DNA of 64,000 nt. Source: Schleiferiaceae bacterium (GTDB lineage Bacteria; Bacteroidota; Bacteroidia; Flavobacteriales; Schleiferiaceae). Shown piece after piece: positions 50,357 through 59,399 of this stretch; within the stretch, counting starts at the first letter, position 1; the number at the start of each line of letters is the position of its first letter. A program made the translations under genes and the position numbers. The notes below the pieces were generated by a model. That model did no database searches. It had not been told where the DNA came from and worked only from the letters and a program-made list of their open reading frames with translations. The DNA lies in contig CAVWUM010000002.1 of the NCBI GenBank assembly GCA_963758205.1, positions 899,613 through 963,612 of the forward strand. The letters run 5' to 3'.

Positions 50357-51058
50357 TCAATCTCTACTCAAAAAGAAGGAGATAACATACCAAAGTAAAA
50401 GCATAAAAGAGGCAAACAAACCAAGTGCCGCCACTACATGTTGAGTGTGATGATACTTATGTACAATGTTGGAAGTTTGATAAAGGATTGAAGCCGCAGC
50501 CAGTAAAATCATACCACCTATAAACACCAACCCTAAATCAAAGCCGAAGAGCATACCTGCCACAATTATTACAAGAGCAGTAATGCCACCTACCATAATA
50601 GCTGTGCGCAGAAAAGAGAAATCCTTACCGGTGAAGAAAACCACAGCCGTTAATGCCGTAAATAAACCGAGGGTAACGGTTAATGCCTTTTGCAGCAAAA
50701 GTGGGTCTTCAGCTACATTCATAGCAATATAAAGTAATGGCACAAAAATGAAGGCCTCGGCCACAATGTAGAGTACAAAACCTGCATATTGCATTTGCGG
50801 ATTATCCGTACCGGCAGCCCACCGCTCGGCAAAGTTGGTAACAAGCATAAAACCGCCCAGTACTATCAGCCAGGTGTAGCCCTGCGTCATGCTCAAGCCC
50901 ACGTTGATAATGGCCTCCGAGCTCAGAAATACCACTTCAATAAGTACAAACAATAAAAAAGCCAAAGCCAGGTGGCCATAGGTTTTCTTATAAAAAGCCG
51001 CGCGTACCTCCGCGCTGCTTTCAGCCAGGCCCAACTGTGGGTTATCAAAATTTTCCAT
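50357..51058 (-). CDS. Bax-inhibitor-1/YccA-family membrane protein
   Basis: Seven TMs and BI-1-like N- and C-terminal regions (AFYKKTYGHLALAF...). The length is 233 aa. Confidence 0.8.
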   Translation of the reverse strand: MENFDNPQLGLAESSAEVRAAFYKKTYGHLALAFLLFVLIEVVFLSSEAIINVGLSMTQGYTWLIVLGGFMLVTNFAERWAAGTDNPQMQYAGFVLYIVAEAFIFVPLLYIAMNVAEDPLLLQKALTVTLGLFTALTAVVFFTGKDFSFLRTAIMVGGITALVIIVAGMLFGFDLGLVFIGGMILLAAASILYQTSNIVHKYHHTQHVVAALGLFASFMLLLWYVISFFLSRD

Positions 51059-51146
51059 AAAGCGATGTTTTTAATTAGGGAGGGAAAATAGGGAAATGAT
51101 CAATGCCTCTATCACGCATTTCTTTAGCTACTAAATTCGCGCTTGT

Positions 51147-51366
51147 GCGAAATGTATGTAAAACATTTCTGAAATAAAAGTTGCAAAAAAAAAAAAACGA
51201 TTCTACTTTGGCTAAATGTTTAATCAATTAAATACATTTAGTATGAAAACAAACCTTTTAAAAAGCACCCTTATAATGGGAGGTATAGCTTTAATCTCTT
51301 TTACTACTTCCTGTAGTAAAGATCAATCAATGGCTGATGCGCCAAAAATTAAGAAAGATAGTGACT
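51147..51366 (+). repeat. Copy 1 of a roughly 220-bp near-identical block: promoter/leader plus lipoprotein signal-peptide coding region of the duplicated cassette
   Basis: It is identical to 53996..54213 apart from the A-tract length (13 vs 14) and a 4-bp CAAT unit (2 copies vs 1). Confidence 0.85.
51170..51215 (+). promoter_or_regulatory. Putative Bacteroidetes sigma-A promoter (TTG ... A13 spacer ... TACTTTG) upstream of lipoprotein copy 1; an identical element lies at 54021..54067
   Basis: gTTGcaaaaaaaaaaaaacgattcTACTTTGg approximates the -33 TTTG / -7 TAnnTTTG consensus with a spacer of about 20 nt. Its conservation in both cassette copies argues that it is functional. Confidence 0.35.
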
Positions 51367-52352
51367 CAATAGTCCTATTAATTGAAAACTTCATTGATGA
51401 TTATAATGATCATATGGAAAATGAATCAGGCTCTACAACACCTTCAATTGAGTACGACCACGCAATATGGTTACTAGAGGCAACTCTAAACTATCAAAAT
51501 GCGATTGATCCAGAAGGTTCTACCGTTTACGTTAATCCATCATCCCCTTTTAGCTCAACCGCACTAATTGATTGGACTGTTGGAGGAGGAGGAGGAACTG
51601 CTCTGGTAAGTGAAGCAGATTTATTTGAACTGTACGATGATATCTTTGAGAGCTATAGTGGTAAGGCTCCAATTACAGATATTGAGTTACTTGAAAATTC
51701 ATCATCCTAACTTACATTATCTATCTCAGGGTTTGATCTTACCACCACTTTACCCAATACAATAAATCCAATAACATCAAATGATGCTTTCCTGGCGGCA
51801 ATTGTTGGAACCTGTAACCCTGCACTACCTTCAGGAAGTGGCAATGCAAACCTCTCTGGAACCCGAAATGCAGCTGACAGAATAACAGAGGCCTTTGGAC
51901 CCTATTATCTTCAAAACCCTACCACCCTACCTCCGGGTTGGCGCATTGTTGGCTTTTATCATACTATTCTCTCTCATAGCGTTGGAGTCTCTCAAACCCC
52001 ACTGGTTATCCCAAGTTCTTGGGATTGGAAAAGCATACATATTCAAAGAGATCCATTTAACAACTATATAATTACACCCTCTGGAACAAATCAGGTGCAG
52101 CATTCAAAATTGTGGGGCGCAACACCAGAACACCTAAGTGGTACAATTGCTGACCCGTACGAATGCATGGGTAGCGTAAAGTTATTAGATTGGAAAGGTA
52201 AAGCAGAGGCACTTTGTCAAGGCGAAGTCAATACTTTCGGGGGAACCGTAGTTTCCATCGAATTATCAGCGTATCATGGTGGTGGCTTTCCATATTATAA
52301 CTATCATCGAATGGCGTGGAAGTCAGGAATATACTCTGATGACTTAGATTAA
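51216..52352 (+). pseudogene. Cassette copy 1 lipoprotein of about 378 aa (unknown function) interrupted by a single in-frame TAA at 51708-51710
   Basis: The ORFs at 51216..51710 and 52095..52352 are in the same frame. The 384 nt between them have no further stop and encode sequence homologous to copy 2 (AADRITEAFGPYYLQNP...). The lipobox reads SFTTSC. Confidence 0.7.
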
Positions 52353-52361
52353 TAAAATAAA

Positions 52362-53924
52362 ATGAAGAAATCCCAAATTTTATTATTATTAGGAGTTGCA
52401 GTTCTGCAACTCCTAATATTCAGCACCAATAGTGCGGGTCAAATGCTATATGATGGTGGCAGAGAAGATAGAGCAGGCAATTATATGCTCTATCAACAGG
52501 CCAGTTCTTTATATCATTTAGTGAGTTTTGAGCATGATCCCCCACCGTACGTAAACCCTGCGATAACATTTGAACATTTAGAATTTGATAGAAACTTACT
52601 TTTCCAAAGCTCCAGTAAGATTAGCTTACCTGTGCCTTCAGGTTTTCAATACAATGACTACCAACGCTTACGATCAGCCAATAACCGACTGCTAATGGCA
52701 CGTATTAATGCATCTAAGCCATCAGCTCCACCTTTTTCCAAATTTAAATTTTTAACACACTGGGAATTTTGCCGTTACAGAAATGACTCTGTAAAAGATT
52801 GTATGCAACTAACTCCAGATTCAGCTTACGGCACTCGCCTCTTGTCTCACTGGTTTTTGCCGAGAAATGATACACTGTATGCTATTGCGAGACTTTCATT
52901 GGGTGCAAACGATACCAATTCGCGAGAATACTTTATAAAACTGGATACCCTTTCTGGTAATGTTAGTCAAAGGGAGTTAAACCTCAGTTATAGCGGTGGA
53001 AAAGTTTATTTCGGGTCATCACCTATTGTTCATCCCAATGGGAATTTAATGATGGTAGGCTCTATTGATCAACGCCAACCCAGGCAGTTATATACCGTTT
53101 TGCTGGAAGTTGATAAAAATTTAACAACAGTTTATAAGAGCCAGGGCATTACCAGTCCGCTCTCCAATCTATATAAATTGTGGCGTATAGGTAATAAGGC
53201 CGTAGTGTTTTCCAGAAGTATATTTGACAACCCCAATCTACAACCCAACTACTCCTTTGCCATGTCATTTGAGGTATTTGATTTGGTAAATGATAGCTTA
53301 ATAGCGGAGTATAAATATCAGTTGAGCAAACCCTCAAACGATTACGATGCTCATGAAACTGCGGGGCCGGGAGTCTATTTTGATGGTAAATATTTTATAC
53401 TTTCCGGGACTATAAAGGACAGCTCGGTAAACTATCAAAGCTATCGCTCGGTAATCTTTGCTGTGGACACCAATTTCAGGTTATTAAACCACATTTCATT
53501 TGGAGATAGCTCTCGTTACAACCTCTCTTTTGTAAGCGCTATTATCCCTGAGCCAGACAGCGCGCACAACTTTATTTATGCAGGAAGCATACAAGGTGCG
53601 GTAATCAACAATGCACAATTTGATGTAACCTGGGGGCGCTTTAAAGTGAAAGATCCTTATGTTTCCTTGCCTGAAATTAACTGGAGAAGGACAGAGGTTT
53701 ATTTCTACCCCAACCCCTCCTCTACTCATGTAAATGTTTTAATAGACTCCGATAAGTTAAAACCCTACCAACTGGAGTTTTACAACCAAAAGGGGCAAAA
53801 GGTGTTGGAGGCTGAAACGGATGGTCTTAAAACCAGAGTAGCACATAATCTGGCGGCAGGGGTTTATACCGTGGTGGCTAGTAATGGGGTTAATAGGGAG
53901 GTGCTGAGTTTGGTAGTGAAATAG
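52362..53924 (+). CDS. Cassette copy 1 secreted protein with a T9SS type-A C-terminal domain
   Basis: It has a signal peptide and the C-terminal CTD VYFYPNPSSTHVNVLIDSDKL...GVYTVVASNGVNREVLSLVVK. It is paralogous to 55242..56801. Confidence 0.75.
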   Translation: MKKSQILLLLGVAVLQLLIFSTNSAGQMLYDGGREDRAGNYMLYQQASSLYHLVSFEHDPPPYVNPAITFEHLEFDRNLLFQSSSKISLPVPSGFQYNDYQRLRSANNRLLMARINASKPSAPPFSKFKFLTHWEFCRYRNDSVKDCMQLTPDSAYGTRLLSHWFLPRNDTLYAIARLSLGANDTNSREYFIKLDTLSGNVSQRELNLSYSGGKVYFGSSPIVHPNGNLMMVGSIDQRQPRQLYTVLLEVDKNLTTVYKSQGITSPLSNLYKLWRIGNKAVVFSRSIFDNPNLQPNYSFAMSFEVFDLVNDSLIAEYKYQLSKPSNDYDAHETAGPGVYFDGKYFILSGTIKDSSVNYQSYRSVIFAVDTNFRLLNHISFGDSSRYNLSFVSAIIPEPDSAHNFIYAGSIQGAVINNAQFDVTWGRFKVKDPYVSLPEINWRRTEVYFYPNPSSTHVNVLIDSDKLKPYQLEFYNQKGQKVLEAETDGLKTRVAHNLAAGVYTVVASNGVNREVLSLVVK

Positions 53925-53995
53925 TGCAACCTGAAAGTCTCAGGTAAAAATTCAAGTTGGAAAATATCTTAAAGGGGCACTTTATTATTCACGCC

Positions 53996-54213
53996 TGTGC
54001 GAAATGTATGTAAAACATTTCTGAAATAAAAGTTGCAAAAAAAAAAAAACGATTCTACTTTGGCTAAATGTTTAATCAATTAAATACATTTAGTATGAAA
54101 ACAAACCTTTTAAAAAGCACCCTTATAATGGGAGGAATAGCTTTAATCTCTTTTACTACTTCCTGTAGTAAAGATCAATGGCTGATGCGCCAAAAATTAA
54201 GAAAAGCGGAGCG
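53996..54213 (+). repeat. Copy 2 of the roughly 220-bp promoter/leader/signal-peptide block
   Basis: See 51147..51366. Confidence 0.85.
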
Positions 54214-55227
54214 GATTCTGCTGCCTCTTTGGTGGAAGACTTCCTTACGGATTATGAGGCATATGATGGTGGAACCGAGTTTTCTGATGACCCCACCGTC
54301 CCATACGAACACGCCATCTGGTTGATAGAAGCAGCCATTAATTACAGAAACTCTGTGGATCCAGTTGGTGACACAAAATATGTAGATTATTCGCAATCAT
54401 TTACAACCACCACCACCTTGCAATGGGGATATTCCTCAGGCGGTGGAGAAGCCTTGGTGAGCGAAAATGACATGCTGGATGTATTGGACGGCTTGGTGAG
54501 CGTTACAGATGGCAAAGCACCGATAAGTGATTTAGAAATTACTGGAAGTGATGGTTATATTATGAATTTACAGGTTAAGGGTGTGGACATTACCTCCGTA
54601 CAACCGGCTATTAATCCATTAACATTCAATGATGCTTACACAGCCGCCATAGGAGGTACCTGTAACGCAACGTTACCTTCTGGGCTAAACAACTATGTCC
54701 AGAGCCCAAAGGATGCCGCTGAAAGGATTACAGAGGCTTTTGGACCCTACTACCTGCAAAACCCCAACCTGCCTCCCGTGGGGTGGGCGATAACAGGATG
54801 GTATCATACCATCAAACAAAACAAAGTATTGAGGCCTTTCAATGGTGGTACATTACCTTATATGTGGCATTGGGTAAGCTTTTATGAAGAATATGACCCT
54901 GTTCTTCAAATGAATACTCGAACAGCCACCGGAACTGCAACACGTCAGCACGCCAATCTTTGGGGTGCCACAGAAGATTTCAATAATTTACCTTCAAGAT
55001 CGCCCCATGAATGCATGGGCTATATTATAGGAACCAATGAAAAATTGAATACCTGGAAAACCAGGGCTGAAAATTTAGCACAGGCGGAGGTCAATACTTT
55101 CCCTTATGGCGGAAGGGTTTTGGAAATTAAACTACTTTCTTACCAAAATGTGATCGGAAACCCTCTAGGTTCTGCTTTTCACTACATGCAATGGAAGTCG
55201 GGCGTATTTCAAACCCATGGCTTTTAA
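54068..55227 (+). pseudogene. Cassette copy 2 lipoprotein of about 385 aa, split by a 4-bp deletion between the signal peptide and the mature domain
   Basis: The signal peptide MKTNLL...SFTTSCSKDQ is in frame A and the body MADAPKIKK... is in frame B. Copy 1 has gatcaatcaatggctg where copy 2 has gatcaatggctg. Confidence 0.7.
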
Positions 55228-55241
55228 AAGGTACCTTAGTC

Positions 55242-56801
55242 ATGAAACAAAACATTCAATTAAAATCAATACTATGGGGAGTTGCAATCTTGCAACTCTT
55301 CTTTTTCATTGATGCCTATTCTCAGAACCAGTCACTGTATGATGGAGGAAGGGATGACCGCTCAGGCGATCAATTTTACTACGATTCTAAGACAGACCAA
55401 TACAAACTCTTGGCTTATGACCATGATATTCCGTTGTGGTTTGACACCACCATTACCTTTCATACACTTTCCTTTGATCGCGGCCTAAATGTAGTGAGCA
55501 CCCAAAAGACGGAAGTACCAACCCATCCAGGCTTTCACTATTATAGATATAATAAAGTAACCTCATCTAATTCGCTCCTTTTAATGAACCGGGTAAACCC
55601 CACCAACCGAGGCTATTTACCACAGACTTATCTGGAACATTGGGACCTGTGTAAGTACACGCCTGATTCTATTAAAAACTGTATAAAGCTTACCCCGGAC
55701 TCTACCTACGGTGTAAACATTTTTGACCATTGGTTTTTACCACAAAACGATACGCTGTACGCCATTGTGGAGTGCGCTATTGGCACCAACGACAGTATAG
55801 GCCGAACCATTTTAATAAAAATGGACACACAGACTACCGTAGTGACACATCAAGAAATAGAACTCTTCTACAATGGGAAAAGAATATTTTTTTCCAGTGG
55901 CCCTGCAGTTCATCCCAATGGAAATTTGCTTTTTACGGGAGAGCTATATGATACCACCAAAAAATCTTCATATGCGGCAATCGTAGAAATAGACAAAAAT
56001 TTCAGCATAGTGTACAATAGCTTTGCATTGTCCCAAGGGCTTACCCTTAAATATATTTGGGTGGTTAATGATAAAGCCGTGGTTTACATGAGGGGGGTGT
56101 ATCCGCATTCGGGCATGCCAAACCCTTATACCTACGCCATGTCAATGGAAGTTTTTGATTTAAAGAAAGATACGCTCCTTAAACGCTATCAGTTTCAAAT
56201 GGTACGTCCAACCAGCGATTTCGATTTAGGAGAAGTTGCCGGTTATGGTACTCACTTTGACGGGGAACGCTTTGTGCTATCGGCCACGCTTAATGAAGCA
56301 GACCAGAGAAATCGTCAGTACAAAACCTTTGTTTTTGCCATTGATACAACTTTTCAGCTGTTAAACAACATTTCTTTTACTGACAGTACTACACGATTCT
56401 ATTCGTATGTTTCGGCAATAATCCCTGAGCCTGATAGTGTAGGTAATTTTATTTACGAAGGCAGCCTTGCAGGGCCAAATATTAACAATGGCCAGTTTGA
56501 CATTATGTGGGGCCGTTTTAAAGCAAACCCAACTGGAATTTCACTCCCGGAAATGGCGTTCAGAAAAGCTGAAGTCTACTTCTACCCCAACCCTTCATCC
56601 ACTCATGTGGATGTTTTGGTAGACTCCGATAAGATAAAACCCTACCAGCTGGAGTTTTACAATCAAAAAGGCCAAAAGGTAATGGAAGCCCAAACGGAGG
56701 GCCGAAAAACCAGGGTGGCGCATAACCTGGCGGCAGGGGTTTATACAGTGGTGGCCACCAATGGGGTTAATAGGGAGGTGCTGAGTTTGGTAGTGGAGTG
56801 A
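55242..56801 (+). CDS. Cassette copy 2 secreted protein with a T9SS type-A C-terminal domain
   Basis: A signal peptide follows the Met at 55242. It is a paralogue of copy 1, with a divergent body and a CTD more than 85% identical. Confidence 0.75.
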   Translation: MKQNIQLKSILWGVAILQLFFFIDAYSQNQSLYDGGRDDRSGDQFYYDSKTDQYKLLAYDHDIPLWFDTTITFHTLSFDRGLNVVSTQKTEVPTHPGFHYYRYNKVTSSNSLLLMNRVNPTNRGYLPQTYLEHWDLCKYTPDSIKNCIKLTPDSTYGVNIFDHWFLPQNDTLYAIVECAIGTNDSIGRTILIKMDTQTTVVTHQEIELFYNGKRIFFSSGPAVHPNGNLLFTGELYDTTKKSSYAAIVEIDKNFSIVYNSFALSQGLTLKYIWVVNDKAVVYMRGVYPHSGMPNPYTYAMSMEVFDLKKDTLLKRYQFQMVRPTSDFDLGEVAGYGTHFDGERFVLSATLNEADQRNRQYKTFVFAIDTTFQLLNNISFTDSTTRFYSYVSAIIPEPDSVGNFIYEGSLAGPNINNGQFDIMWGRFKANPTGISLPEMAFRKAEVYFYPNPSSTHVDVLVDSDKIKPYQLEFYNQKGQKVMEAQTEGRKTRVAHNLAAGVYTVVATNGVNREVLSLVVE

Positions 56802-57180
56802 TGTGAGCGAAAGGAATACTTTCTCTTTTAAATTTTGAAAAAGATGTTCAAATCGATACTGATTTCATCTGACTCAACGGAACTATTTCAATTACCGGGT
56901 TTTTTATACGTCCTTTTTTCTTGATAAAAAATGGACCAAAAAATCAAGGCTTACAAACAAATAGTAACCTGCTTTTCATCAAGCCTAACTGCGGCTGGGT
57001 GATCCCCGAAATTCATAGGGGCTTCCCAGTCTTAGTAAGCCTTGATTTTAATCAGAACCCTATTTGTTTGAAGGCCGTTCTAAAAATTGCTTCGCAATTT
57101 TAAAGTAGAGAGGCACAGGAATACAACCGAAGCTGGACATTAATGGAAGGGCAATCAATTCAAAGGTTTCTCAAAACGCA

Positions 57181-57212
57181 AAAAAGGCATCAACTTTCGC
57201 TGATGCCTTTTT
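57181..57212. terminator. Bidirectional rho-independent terminator (A5-ggcatca-loop-tgatgcc-T5) just 3' of tRNA-Val(TAC)
   Basis: A 7-bp GC-containing stem with an 8-nt loop, flanked by an A-run and a T-run. It lies 13 nt past the tRNA 3' end. Confidence 0.6.
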
Positions 57213-57224
57213 CTGTTTGAAGAG

Positions 57225-57299
57225 TGGGAGCTGAGGGATTCGAACCCCCGACCCCCTCGGTGTAAACGAGATGCTCTGAACCAACTGAGCTAAGCTCCC
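57225..57299 (-). tRNA. tRNA-Val (anticodon TAC), 75 nt
   Basis: The reverse complement GGGAGCTTAGCTCAGTTGGTTCAGAGCATCTCGTTTACACCGAGGGGGTCGGGGGTTCGAATCCCTCAGCTCCCA folds into a cloverleaf. The anticodon loop is TTTACAC. Confidence 0.85.
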
Positions 57300-57365
57300 T
57301 TCATTTTTCGGACGGCAAATATAGAGCATAAAATAGTTCACCAACCAACTTTTTCTTCTAAATTT

Positions 57366-59399
57366 TTACTCAAATTTTAAAATTCTAAACTCAGTCCTTC
57401 TATTGTATTGATGCTCAGGCTCAGAGCATGCAATACCATCCTCACATTGGTTGGTTAACTGCATTTCGCCATAGCCCTTTCCGCTAATACGGCTGGCACT
57501 TATACCATGGTTAATGATGTACTTCATACTGCTCTGTGCCCTGCGCTGCGATAAATCCTGGTTGTAACCATACTGCCCGCGGCTGTCGGTGTGGCTGGCC
57601 ACCTCTATCACCATACCCGGGTTTTCCTTCATAATCTTTACAATCTTATCTAGTTCGCGGGCTGCATCGGGGCGTATGTTATCGCGGTTATAGTCAAAGT
57701 AAATAGGGTTAATATTGAGCATTTTACCCAAATCCTTTACCATAGGTATTTTTATCAGCCCCCCGGTTTCCGGTATATTTTTCATTTCCACCAATACGCG
57801 GTTACTGCTGTAATCCTCATAAAAGGCAATAAAGCGTAATTCCCCATTGGGGTAATTATGGCTGATGCGATTGGTTCCGTCACCTTTCATCTGCACCGCA
57901 TTGAGTAGCACCCCGCGTTTGTCAAATATGTTGATGGTAGCATTAGGCAATCCCTTACCGCTAATCTGATCATACACCTGCAGTTGAATACCGCCTGTAG
58001 CCACCACCGTAACCCGGCCGGGACCTTTTGCACCACCGGGATTATTAATTACCGGTACACTACTGGCCACAACAGGCATATTAGTAGTATCCATTATTTC
58101 CTCATAACGGAATTTAGCATTTTGCTTTACATCAAAACCATAAATATCATCGCGGCCCTGTCCGCCTTCGCGATTAGATGAAAAGTAGCCCCTCTTACCT
58201 TTATCATCCAGTATAAACCCAAAGTCGTCCATGGCATCATTAATAGGATAACCCAGGTTGGCCGGGTACGTATAATCAATAGCAGAGGTTACAAAAACAT
58301 CAAGCCCGCCAAGCCCCAGGTGGCCGTTACTTGAAAAGTACAGGAGGCTATCCTTATAAATAAACGGAAAAACCTCATCGCCACTGGTATTTACATTACT
58401 ACCCAGGTTTTTGGGCTGCCCCCAGCTCCAGCCTCTTTTTTCGCACACGTATAAATCCATACCGCCAATGCCACCGGGCATATCGCTGGCAAAGTACAGC
58501 TTGCGCCCATCCTTACTAAGGGCAGGGTGCTGGCATGAGTAGCCACTAATATTAAAAGGAAGTTCCTTTGGCTCGGACCAGGCTGTATTGCCTCCATCGC
58601 TTACCTTTTGGCTACTGAATATAGAAAGGCGAACCGTGCTTTTATCGTCTGCTAAGAGTTTACCATTGGGGTGTGAGGTATTCCTGGTAAAGATTACCAA
58701 ATCACCATTGGGGCTGAATGTAAGCGGACCATCATGATAAGGCGAATTGAGATAGGGATAGGATTCCGTTCTCTTCAACTGGCCATCGGTTTCTTTTTCG
58801 GCAATAAAATAATCCAGGTAATAGGTATCATTCCAGCTATGCTTGCGCTTTACCAGTTCCTGATCAGGCCGGTTAGAAGTAAAAATAATGTAATCACCAT
58901 ACCAGGCCGGGCTAAACTCATCATACTCGGTATTCATCTTGAGCTCAAAAAGCTCATAGGTACTTTTATCCTCATACAGGTCGGATACCTTTTTTACGGA
59001 GTAGTTGCTGTAGGTAAACGCCCTGGAGTCTGTAGGCACTATTTCCCTGTATTTATCAAACCATTGCTGGGCCTCGGCAAATTTCTTTTCAGACTCCAGC
59101 ACTTTAGCATAATGGAAATATTCTACCGGCTCTACCCTTTCAAACTGCACCAGCTTAGCATACCAGATAGAGGCGTTGGCATAATCGCCCTGCAGGCGAT
59201 ACCCATTGGCCAGGCGCTTCATTAAGTATTGTTGGTTTTCGTGCCCATGCTTTAGCGCGTATTTGTAGCGCGATATAGCATCAGGGTAATTGTAATTTTC
59301 ATAAAAATTGTCTGCACGGGTTATAACCGCGGTTTCAGAACAACTGCCAATCGCAATAACAGCCAGACAAAAAAACGGGAGTTGGAGTAGCTTTTTCAT
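57366..59399 (-). CDS. PorE-like T9SS-associated lipoprotein: TPR + TolB-like beta-propeller + CRD-like domain + OmpA_C peptidoglycan-binding domain
   Basis: A signal peptide with Cys (AIGSCS), N-terminal TPR repeats, WD40/TolB-type repeats, and the C-terminal OmpA motif (NIRPDAARELDKIVKIM...SHTDSRGQYGYNQDLSQRRAQS). The domain order matches P. gingivalis PorE, and it sits next to a porP/sprF gene. Confidence 0.7.
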   Translation of the reverse strand: MKKLLQLPFFCLAVIAIGSCSETAVITRADNFYENYNYPDAISRYKYALKHGHENQQYLMKRLANGYRLQGDYANASIWYAKLVQFERVEPVEYFHYAKVLESEKKFAEAQQWFDKYREIVPTDSRAFTYSNYSVKKVSDLYEDKSTYELFELKMNTEYDEFSPAWYGDYIIFTSNRPDQELVKRKHSWNDTYYLDYFIAEKETDGQLKRTESYPYLNSPYHDGPLTFSPNGDLVIFTRNTSHPNGKLLADDKSTVRLSIFSSQKVSDGGNTAWSEPKELPFNISGYSCQHPALSKDGRKLYFASDMPGGIGGMDLYVCEKRGWSWGQPKNLGSNVNTSGDEVFPFIYKDSLLYFSSNGHLGLGGLDVFVTSAIDYTYPANLGYPINDAMDDFGFILDDKGKRGYFSSNREGGQGRDDIYGFDVKQNAKFRYEEIMDTTNMPVVASSVPVINNPGGAKGPGRVTVVATGGIQLQVYDQISGKGLPNATINIFDKRGVLLNAVQMKGDGTNRISHNYPNGELRFIAFYEDYSSNRVLVEMKNIPETGGLIKIPMVKDLGKMLNINPIYFDYNRDNIRPDAARELDKIVKIMKENPGMVIEVASHTDSRGQYGYNQDLSQRRAQSSMKYIINHGISASRISGKGYGEMQLTNQCEDGIACSEPEHQYNRRTEFRILKFE

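Noticed and set aside
54068-54325. 85-aa ORF (signal peptide followed by the basic sequence WLMRQKLRKAERILLPLWWK…) as an independent small secreted peptide
   Set aside because: Its first 36 codons are identical to the lipoprotein signal peptide of copy 1. The remainder is the out-of-frame read-through created by the 4-bp deletion, not a conserved peptide.
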